A stretch of DNA of 32,440 nt from Octopus bimaculoides (taxonomy: Eukaryota). Each line of letters opens with the position of its first letter. Position 1 is the first letter of the stretch. The stretch spans positions 2,486,359 through 2,518,798 of the forward strand of contig NC_069004.1 of NCBI RefSeq assembly GCF_001194135.2, given 5' to 3'. Below the pieces are notes generated by a model, which worked only from the letters and a program-made list of their open reading frames with translations, ran no database searches and was not told the origin of the DNA. Below, one piece after another: positions 1 to 8,929 of this stretch. The translations under genes and the position numbers were made by a program.

Positions 1-801
1 AGTTGTGTGTGGTTTTATGTTGTTTATGATAATCCAGACGTCCACCCCACTATTAGTGAAGAAGAACGTTCGTACTTAAAAAAGACAATAAAATGTGAAA
101 ATGCAGTTAAAAATGTACCGTGGAAACGGCTATTCTTATCACCGGCTGTCTGGGCAATAAACTTTGGTTTGTTTGCATATTCCTGGACGAATATATCTTT
201 CATGGTGTTGCTGCCTTTATATATGAAAGAAGCCTTAAACGTTGATACAACGTCCAACGGTTTAATGTCGTCTGCTCCTTCAGTTGGACAAATCATTGCT
301 TTTCCGTTATGTGGAAGATTTGCAGATTTTTTACGTTCAAAAAAATATCTCTCAACGCGTTCTGTTCGAATTTTATTCCAGACTTTTTCCATGGTGGCTT
401 CAGCAAGTTTATTGATTGTCATAGGATTTCTCAGATGTGACAAAACCGTTGTAATAACTCTGCTTTTGTTTCTCAGTGGAATAACTCTATCCTTTTCCAG
501 TGGTGGTGTTATTGTCAACAATAATGACATCGCTCCAAGTTATGCTGGTATTGTATTTGGAATTGCAAACACTTTTGTCTCAACGGCAGGTTGCCTTAGT
601 TCCATGGCTGCAAAAGCTCTCACCCCAAACGGTACGCAAGAAGAATGGCAGATCGTGTTTGCCTTGTGTGCTGCTATATGTGTATCTGGTGCGATATTAT
701 TTGCAATATTGGTAAAAACAGAGGTCCAAGACTGGGCAAACTGGAGGAGATCTAGCTCCTCTGTTCATCCCAGCGACACAGCTATTAGTAAAATAGCTTA
801 A
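1..801 (+). CDS. SLC17-family (sialin-like) MFS transporter, copy 1; C-terminal half only, 5' part lies outside the window
   Basis: Frame open from position 1 (SCVWFYVVYDNPDVHPTISEEE...) to TAA 799-801. SLC17 motifs: W..VYD.P..HP.IS..E, VPW, LP.Y, NxDIAPSYAG, NT, EW..VF. No intron in the visible part. Confidence 0.93.
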   Translation, partial: SCVWFYVVYDNPDVHPTISEEERSYLKKTIKCENAVKNVPWKRLFLSPAVWAINFGLFAYSWTNISFMVLLPLYMKEALNVDTTSNGLMSSAPSVGQIIAFPLCGRFADFLRSKKYLSTRSVRILFQTFSMVASASLLIVIGFLRCDKTVVITLLLFLSGITLSFSSGGVIVNNNDIAPSYAGIVFGIANTFVSTAGCLSSMAAKALTPNGTQEEWQIVFALCAAICVSGAILFAILVKTEVQDWANWRRSSSSVHPSDTAISKIA

Positions 802-900
802 CTACGTCACTGAATATTTTTGTCATATTGCAAATGGCATCAATATTGTCATGTAGTAGTCCATAGGTATGTGTTATAAGTACCTAAGTATTTATATCAA

Positions 901-1011
901 TATCAATATATNNNNNNNNNNNNNNNNNNNNNNNNNNNNNNNNNNNNNNNNNNNNNNNNNNNNNNNNNNNNNNNNNNNNNNNNNNNNNNNNNNNNNNNNN
1001 NNNNNNNNNNN

Positions 1012-1053
<42 letters not shown>

Positions 1054-1056
1054 CTA
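901..1056. repeat. (TA)/(CA) microsatellite flanking a 100-N gap between convergent copies 1 and 2
   Basis: Directly visible. Confidence 0.9.
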
Positions 1057-1069
1057 TGTATTACATTAG

Positions 1070-2533
1070 TTAAACTGTTGTAATTCTATTCATTTCTCTG
1101 GGAGTAACAGCTGCTCTGGATCCTTCAGACCTTTCCCAGTCTTGGATTTCTGTTCTCACTAAGATTGCAAATAGTATTGCACCACATAAACATATAGAAG
1201 CACACAGAGCAAACACGATCTGCCATTCTTCTTGTGTACCGTTTGGGGTCAAAGCTTTTGTAGATAAGGAACTAATACTACCAGCCATTGAGCAAAAGGT
1301 GTTAGCAATTCCATATATAACACCAGCATAACTTGGAGCGAAGTCAATATTGTTGACGATGACACCACCACTAGAAAATGATAGAGTTATACCACTGAGA
1401 AACAAGAGGATAGTTATCAGAACGGTTAGATCACATGTCAGAAAGCCTACGCTTATCAGCAGACAAGCTGATGTAACCAAAGAAAAGGTCTGGAATAAAA
1501 CTCGAACTGAATGAGTTGACACGTATTTCTTTGAACGTATAAAATCTGCAAATCTTCCACACAACGGCAGAGCAATGATTTGTCCAATCGAAGGAGCAGA
1601 CGACATTAAACCGTTGGATGCTGCTTTAACTTTTAAAGTTTCCTTCATATATAGAGGCAGCAACATCTGGAAACATAAATCCGTCCAGGAATAAGCGAAG
1701 AAACCGAAGTTGATTGCCCAGACAGCAGGTGAAAGCAACAGCCGTTTCCATGGTACTTTTTGAACTACCTTTTCACTTATTACAGTTCTCTTTAAGTGAG
1801 AACTTTCTTCTTCACTGATAGCGGGATGGGCATCTGGATTATCATAAGCCACATAAAACCATACAGTGCTAAATACTAACCATGATCCACCAAATACATA
1901 AAATATAGAACCCCATCCATTGTCAAATCCATAAACACAAAGGTAACCAGATATTGAAAGGCCTACAACACTCCCAAGAATTTGACCAGCATATGTAATC
2001 GCAACAAATAAACTTATCTCATCTGGAGGGATCCAACGTCCAAATAAAGAGTAAATCGCAGGAGACAACGGTCCTGATACTGCACCCGTTAATATTCTTA
2101 GAATAAGAGTAAAGTAACCACTAATTCGAGATAAACTTGGGTGAAGAATGGTCAAAATCGATGCTGATAAAAGCGAACCTCCTAGAACTCTTTTCCCACC
2201 ATATTTGTCTGCCAAAATTCCACCCAAAATATTAGTTGCTATATATCCGTAGAAGTATCCAGCCAATATGTTTGATTGTAGAGTACTGCTCCATTCTAAT
2301 TCCCCTTCATAATTTTGGTTTAGTGAGTGATTATCTAAACCGGAACACTGCTGGTTCACTGTAGTAAACTTAATTTCCTCAGTTGTACGATTGGGAGTTT
2401 TCAACATACAAACAAATGCCATACTTAAATCAACTCTTAATGTTTGCATCAGAAGAAAAGCAACTGTACAGGCATAACATAATCTCCATCGACATGAAGA
2501 ATAACACTTTATACAACGAGTAAATTTCGACAT
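1070..2533 (-). CDS. SLC17-family (sialin-like) transporter, copy 2, intact, 487 aa from MSKFTRC
   Basis: Uninterrupted ORF with LRVDLS (TM1), EW, GYFYGY, GG.LADKYGGK (MFS motif A), GW.SIFY.FG, YDNP..HP.IS, DFAPSYAG. ATG 2533 chosen by homology with the other copies; the ORF-track start 2599 is not ATG and lies beyond a putative splice acceptor. Confidence 0.93.
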   Translation of the reverse strand: MSKFTRCIKCYSSCRWRLCYACTVAFLLMQTLRVDLSMAFVCMLKTPNRTTEEIKFTTVNQQCSGLDNHSLNQNYEGELEWSSTLQSNILAGYFYGYIATNILGGILADKYGGKRVLGGSLLSASILTILHPSLSRISGYFTLILRILTGAVSGPLSPAIYSLFGRWIPPDEISLFVAITYAGQILGSVVGLSISGYLCVYGFDNGWGSIFYVFGGSWLVFSTVWFYVAYDNPDAHPAISEEESSHLKRTVISEKVVQKVPWKRLLLSPAVWAINFGFFAYSWTDLCFQMLLPLYMKETLKVKAASNGLMSSAPSIGQIIALPLCGRFADFIRSKKYVSTHSVRVLFQTFSLVTSACLLISVGFLTCDLTVLITILLFLSGITLSFSSGGVIVNNIDFAPSYAGVIYGIANTFCSMAGSISSLSTKALTPNGTQEEWQIVFALCASICLCGAILFAILVRTEIQDWERSEGSRAAVTPREMNRITTV

Positions 2534-2569
2534 TATTATGCCCTTTCTATTAATTCTCACAATATTTTG

Positions 2570-3640
2570 CTGGAAGTTAATTGTTTGAAAGTATATCAAA
2601 CTGTGAGTGGTGTAAATTGTAAAAGTGTAAACGAAGACTAGAAGATAATAATTACAGTTTGAGAACTTATTCCATTGCTTTGTTAATTTTTTTGATTTGT
2701 TTAAGACGATTTCATCACATAAAAGCTGTTTTTACAGATTTAGTGCAGTTACATCTCACAGTATATTGGTACACTTTACTATCGATAAACATGAATGCTA
2801 TTTACCAGTCACTGTAACTGATACAGTTTTATCAATGCAGTCATTGTATTGATAAGCATCAGTTATGATCGTTTGGTAACATATTTAGTCTGTCCTTTGC
2901 TTACGAATAAAAGAAAAATGCATCAGTGAAGATAAGAGTGTAATCAAAAAATAAAGTAACTGTGAAGGGAGAGAATTGTGACAGTAAGTTAGAGAGAATA
3001 CCAATTCAGAGATTCTGTTGGGACAGGAATTAATGCCGCCACTTTCAATTCTTTCTGTGTAAACTGAATGTATAAGGACCTCGCACATGCATAAGAATCT
3101 GTTGAAAGGATTGAGGTAACCGACTGGTTATTCAAAGACGGGTGTTCAATTCCAGTTGGCCCCTTTCTTTAATAATATTCTTTCTAAAATCTTGGTGTAG
3201 CTGCGATATAGAATGGTAGAAAAGTCTTAGAATGATGGGTCTGCAATGTGGTTTGTGTTTGTTGATATGTTTAATTAAATTTTATATTAATCCTGGATAT
3301 GTATGGTGGAGCTTACATTGCAGTTCCTTTCTCATGTTGAGTCGTACCATGAAATTTCAGCTTTAAGGAATATTAGTTCAGTGAGAAATGTCGGTGGAAA
3401 GAATTGGTGAAGTTGAGAAACAAAGTTCTTCGAATATTTCTATACGCCTCTTTATCTTCTTAATTCTGGCAAGAACCAATCGATTGTAGTGCATTAACTG
3501 AAATGTAAGAAATCAATAATAAATCATTGAGATCAATATTATATTTTCTTTTCTTGATAACATTAACAATATTATTGATAATTCATACACCTAATGATTA
3601 TATATCGACCTGATAATGTTATATATTTGTCAGTATTATA
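2570..3640 (-). repeat. Duplicated 5' non-coding block of subgroup-A genes (homologous to 5940-7030 and 12560-13555)
   Basis: Shared blocks such as gttgaaa..gtaacc(g/t)a.t.gttatt....gatgtatgttcaat.cc and gaattggt...gttga.aa..aagttctt...tcga.tgt.gtgcat...ctgaa...aatcattga in all three copies, aligned by eye. Confidence 0.85.
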
Positions 3641-3650
3641 CAACTGAAGG

Positions 3651-3788
3651 TCTTTACGTTCTGAGTTCAAATTCTACCGAGGTCGACTTTGCCTTTCATC
3701 CTTTCGGGGTCGATAAATTAAGTACCAGTGGCGTACTGGGGTCGATCTAATCGACTAGCCTCCTCCCCCAAAATTTCGGGCCTTGTGC
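3651..3788 (+). mobile_element. Octopus-type tRNA-derived SINE, 5'-truncated
   Basis: gagttcaaattc B-box-like motif + gaggtcgactttgcctttcatcctttcggggtcgataaattaagtaccag body. Many further copies occur in this window. Confidence 0.85.
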
Positions 3789-4226
3789 AACGCTTTGGCG
3801 GGGATCAAATGTCGTATAAGGGACTCACATGGCATTGTCAATGACTCATTTCAATGATTCTTTCTAGCAACGGCTTTGCTTGTAGACGAGGCTATCATCT
3901 CGCCAGCACTTCATGTAGGTACTTAGCTCGCATACTATTCAGCTAATTCAATTAGCATTGATTAAACTCCAGCTGATTAGAAAAGGGGAGCACTTTGCAA
4001 ATTCATGTTATAATCCAATAGACATATTATATGCTTCACACAATGTATAACAACAACAACAATAATAAACAACAATAATGATTCAAATGAGGAAAAGAGA
4101 AATTCAAATTGATGATCGGATCGTTTCAATAAACGAAAACTTTTATTCCATAACACACATATACAAATATGTAATACATTCAACATATGTAACAGAAGAT
4201 AATTATTGCTCAAACGTAGGAAGAAA

Positions 4227-4364
4227 AACATAGCAACGGCATGGATTGATTACCAAAAGGCATGATAGTGTGCCACACTCATAGATCCTAGAATGGCTCG
4301 AGACGTTTAGGATAGCTGAGAATGTTGTCCACCTCCTAAAAACAGTATTCCAAAATGAAGAACT
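4227..4364 (+). mobile_element. R4/Dong-like non-LTR retrotransposon RT fragment (degenerate)
   Basis: Translates with frameshifts and stops to NIATAWIDYQKA(Y)DSVPHS*ILEWLETFRIAENVVHLL, matching the family motif NL..AWIDY.KA.DSVPH.WI. Confidence 0.75.
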
Positions 4365-4512
4365 CTATTAAAATCAGCCCAAGACAAGCTTGTGAAGCCA
4401 ACATATACACGCACCTATATATTAAGGAAAATATTAAGACCCTTTCAGTGAATTTTGAGATGAAAATAATGACGTAAAAAACTAATGTAGACATAACAGA
4501 AAAGTGGACAGC

Positions 4513-5893
4513 TTATACTGTTGTGCTGTTATTTGTCTCGTTTGGATGATCCGATGAGCTACATCCTTCAGAAGCTGCTCATTCTTGGATTTCTCCTCTT
4601 GCCAATATTACATACAATATTGCGCCAAACACACATATACCGGCACACGAGACTAATGCAAACTGCCATTCTTCTTGTGTACCATTGAGGGTTAAAGCTT
4701 TTGTAGACAAGGAACTAAAACTTCTAGACATTACGGCAAACGTGTTAGCAATTCCAAATACAACACCAGCATAACTTGGAGCAATGTCATTGTTGTTGAC
4801 GAGAACACCACCACTGGAAAATGATAAAGTTATACCACTGAGAAATAAAAGGAGAGTTATTTGAATGGTTTGGTAACATCTGAGGAATCCTATGGCAATC
4901 AACAGACATGCTGAAGTAACAAGAGAAAATGTTTGGAATGAAACTCGTACAGAACGAGTTGACAGATATTTCTTCGAACGTAAAATATTTGCACATTTTC
5001 CACATAATGGCATAGAAATAATTTGTCCAACCGAAGGAGCAGACGACATGAAACCGCTGGAGGCTGAATTGACCTTTAAGGCTTCTTTCATATATAGAGG
5101 GAGCAATGTTTCGAAAATTATGAACGTCCAGGAATAAGCGAACAAACCGAAGATGATGGCCCAAATAGCAGGGGAAGAAAGCAGTCGTTTCCAAGGTATT
5201 TTTTAAACTAGTCTTTTACTTATTACAGTTCTCTTCAAGGAAGCACGTTCTTCTTCGCTGATAGTGGGATGGACGTCTGGATTATCATAAACAACATAAA
5301 ACCACACACAACTAAACAATAACGATATCCCACCAAATACATAAAATATAGAACCCCATCCGTTATCAAATCCATAAACACAGAGGTAACCTGACGTTGA
5401 AAGACCTACAACAGTGCCTAGAATTTGACTAGCAAATGTAAACCCAATCGATAAACTAATTTCTTGTGGAGGGAACCAACGTGCAAATGAGGAGTGTATT
5501 GCTGGGGGAACAACTCCTGATGCTATACCTGTTAATATTCTTAGAACAAGCATATAGTACCCACTAGTTCGCGATAAACTTGGTTGAAGAATGGTCAGAA
5601 TGGATGCAGAGAGAAATGAACCACCAAGAACTCGTTTACCACCATATTTGTCTGCCAATAAACCACCCAAAGAAGCAGTTGCTAGATAGCCATAGTAGTA
5701 CCCAGCTAATATGTTTGCTTGTAAGGTGTCGCTCCATTCGAATTCTCCTTCAGAATTTCGAATAACTGAATGACTATTTAAACCAGAACAATGTTGGTTA
5801 TTTGAAGTAATGTTAACTTCCTCAGTTGTACGATTGGGTGTTTTCAACATGCATACAAAAGCCATGCTTAGATCAACTCTTAAATTTCGACAT
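4513..5893 (-). pseudogene. SLC17-family pseudogene, copy 3
   Basis: Collinear with copy 2. ATG 5893 is followed by an 83-nt deletion giving MSKFKS*. In-frame CAA>TAA at 5203-5205 and TGG>TGA at 4579-4581. The ancestral tail (AASEGCSSSDHPNETNNSTTV*) ends at TAA 4513-4515. Confidence 0.92.
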
Positions 5894-7794
5894 TATTATG
5901 TCCTTCCGACTGAATCTCTCAATGTATATATCGTAAGCCTGAAACTTAAGAGTATATTAAAAAGTGAGTGATGTAAATTGTAAATATTCAAACAAACACT
6001 AACAGACAGTTACTGCAGTTTAACAAATTATTCCTTCGATTTGTTTGCCATGATTGATTTCATTATATTAAAAATGCTTATTTTGTCTTTAAATAGTATT
6101 TTTTTCATGGGATGAAAATATGCTCATTCAAAATTATGGTTAAGATGTCGTAGTACAGTAATAATTCACAAGATTTTGGTATAATTATTATTGATAAACA
6201 TGCAAAGCGTTTATCGATTATTGGAAAGATAACCATATGGCAGTTATGGTTAATTTAGTAACTTATTTTGCTTCTCCTTTACTTAGAAATAGAAAATATT
6301 ACATCACAGCCAGAATACGATAAAACAAAATAACAGTTAAAAGTGTAGAATTGTGACAGTAAGACACCGAGACCGCAAGTTCTAAGGTTATTTTACTATT
6401 GTCATGTTCGGGACAGGTGTTATTTCAGACGTTGCCGTGTTCTGTAAGTAAGAGAGGTCACACGTGAGAAACCGTTGAAAGATCTGTAGTAACCGATTAG
6501 TTATTGGAAGGTGTATGTTCAATCCCACTTGGCTCTTTGATTTGTTTAATAACATTCTCTGTAAAATCCCAGTGTAGTTGCGATATAGAATGCTCCGTTT
6601 GCAAAAGGATTTGCATTCTTTGACCTGCTTAATTATATTTTATATTAGTTTAATGTACCTGTATAGAGGCGTTTACAATGTAGTTTCCATTTCAGGATGA
6701 GTCGTTCCCATGTAATTCAATCCTTGTATATAAAATCTGGTTGAAACTGAAGATCCATCTTGAGGCAATGGTAGTTCAATGACAAATGACAGTAGACAGA
6801 ATTGGTAGAGTTGTGAAATAAAGTTCTTTGAGTATTTCTTTACAACTCTTTATATTCTTGGTTCAGGCAAAAATTTATCGACTGTGGTGCATCTCTGAAA
6901 TCTAAGAAATCAATAGTAAATCATTGAAATAAATTTTATGCGTTCTGAAATTAATAATATCATTGATAATTTATACACTTGAGGATATTATGTACACCTG
7001 ATAATATCAAATAACTGATAATATCATGCATCTAACGATGTTATATACCTAATAATTTTTGATAGCACTAGGCAACAAAGATTTTATTACAGAAGACCTA
7101 GCTAATTTCGGTTTGCTGACTTCAAATCTAAGACTAGATTTTTTCTGTCATATCTAGATTTTATATAGAATATAAATCACGTTGTAAAATTTCCTATAAC
7201 TCCCAGATTTTGGTTTTAATCGGCTTAACGCTAATAATATGAAACTTGCTTTTTAAGGTTAAAGTAATTTTTGTTTGCCCACTATATTAGTGGCCTGATG
7301 GAATGGATTGGCTTTCGCTAAGATCCAAACGAATGAACACTGTTCATTGATTCTAGTACAGCTAACCTTAAAGCTGTATTACTGCACAACATCAATGAAA
7401 AACCTTCGTCTCTGTTCACTAATTATTTAAGTACTAGCGGGACCCGCGAATATTTCACAGAATTAATGGTAAACTTATTGGGTTATTTTTAAAAACCTGA
7501 ACGCGTAACCTGTGTTTTGTCTGTATGAAAAGATAGTCGCTCATCTGCTAATCATTGAAAAGGGAAATTGGAATACGTTGATTACTTAATGCACTTTATA
7601 TATACACTTTATATACTTTATGCACAACTTTATAGATTTAATACACAGCACTCATAAAATAAATATTCATTCTTATTTTTCCATTTCCCCCATAAACAAA
7701 AGAAAATCCCGTACATATGATACAACCTGTAGTTAAACTGAATATATTTGCCATGTAAATAAGCGTGAATATTTCACGGAATTGTACGTGGGTG

Positions 7795-7900
7795 CGAGAG
7801 AGAGAGAGAGATAGATAGAGAGAGGGGAGAGGGAGAGAGAGAGGGAGGGAGAGAGAGAGATATGCCTTGGTGTGTGTGATTGTGTAAGTGTGTGTGTGAA
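7795..7900. repeat. (AG)n/(TG)n microsatellite
   Basis: Directly visible. Confidence 0.95.
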
Positions 7901-8213
7901 TAGGAGCGAGTGACTGACATCCTCACAAACACTATGAAATAGAGAAGTCAGCTAACAACATATTGTCTTCGAAGACTTGTGTGAGGGGTCCCAACCCCAA
8001 AATAAGCAAAATACCTGAAAAAAGTGCACGCCATTGATATGTGTCTTTAATTTTCAATAACGTGCAATGTTATTAAAAAACATTTATATATTTCAAGCAT
8101 ATATTTGTACGACAGTGCGTCACGAAAACTATATATATAATTTGACAGAAAACAACAGACGAAGACAAACAGATGCATTAGTTTAACTTAACGCTCGGGA
8201 AAAATGAAGAAGT

Positions 8214-8249
8214 CTTTTACGTTTCGAGCCTACGCTCTTCGACAGAAAG
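8214..8249 (-). ncRNA. Minimal type-I hammerhead ribozyme-like motif, copy a
   Basis: Minus strand: CUUU-CUGUCGA-A-GAGC(GUAG)GCUC-GAAAC-GUA-AAAG. 4-bp stem I, 4-bp stem II, palindromic ACGU in place of stem III. Core has U where canonical A6 is expected. Confidence 0.65.
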
Positions 8250-8893
8250 GAATAAGAGGGAAAAAAATGGAGAGAGAATGACAAAAATAGGTTTGAGAAA
8301 AACTGTGCATATATATATATATATATATCAATGTAAGACCCAAGAGTTGAAGTGTAGGAAGAAAGTGGTTTATTGATCGTGTGTGTGCGTGTGTATGTGG
8401 ATTTTCCCCCGTATTTTAGCATGGTAAGCTGAAAAAAAAAATTTTATCTTTCACGGTAGGCAGCCAGTGTTGCCAGGTATGCGAATAAAATGCAAGAGTT
8501 AAGGAAGGGAGCAGATGATATCNNNNNNNNNNNNNNNNNNNNNNNNNNNNNNNNNNNNNNNNNNNNNNNNNNNNNNNNNNNNNNNNNNNNNNNNNNNNNN
8601 NNNNNNNNNNNNNNNNNNNNNNNNNNNNNNNNNNNNNNNNNNNNNNNNNNNNNNNNNNNNNNNNNNNNNNNNNNNNNNNNNNNNNNNNNNNNNNNNNNNN
8701 NNNNNNNNNNNNNNNNNNNNNNNNNNNNNNNNNNNNNNNNNNNNNNNNNNNNNNNNNNNNNNNNNNNNNNNNNNNNNNNNNNNNNNNNNNNNNNNNNNNN
8801 NNNNNNNNNNNNNNNNNNNNNNNNNNNNNNNNNNNNNNNNNNNNNNNNNNNNNNNNNNNNNNNNNNNNNNNNNNNNNNNNNNNNNNNNGAAGT

Positions 8894-8929
8894 CTTTTAC
8901 GTTTCGAGCCTACGCTCTTCGACAGAAAG
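8894..8929 (-). ncRNA. Minimal type-I hammerhead ribozyme-like motif, copy b
   Basis: Identical to 8214-8249. Confidence 0.62.

Noticed and set aside
24-715. Antisense and alternate-frame ORFs over SLC17 genes (also 4787-5194, 4892-5137, 5580-5765, 17322-17642, 17826-18074, 31168-31575)
   Set aside because: Shadow ORFs of the transporter CDS; their mutual similarity is explained by the paralogy.
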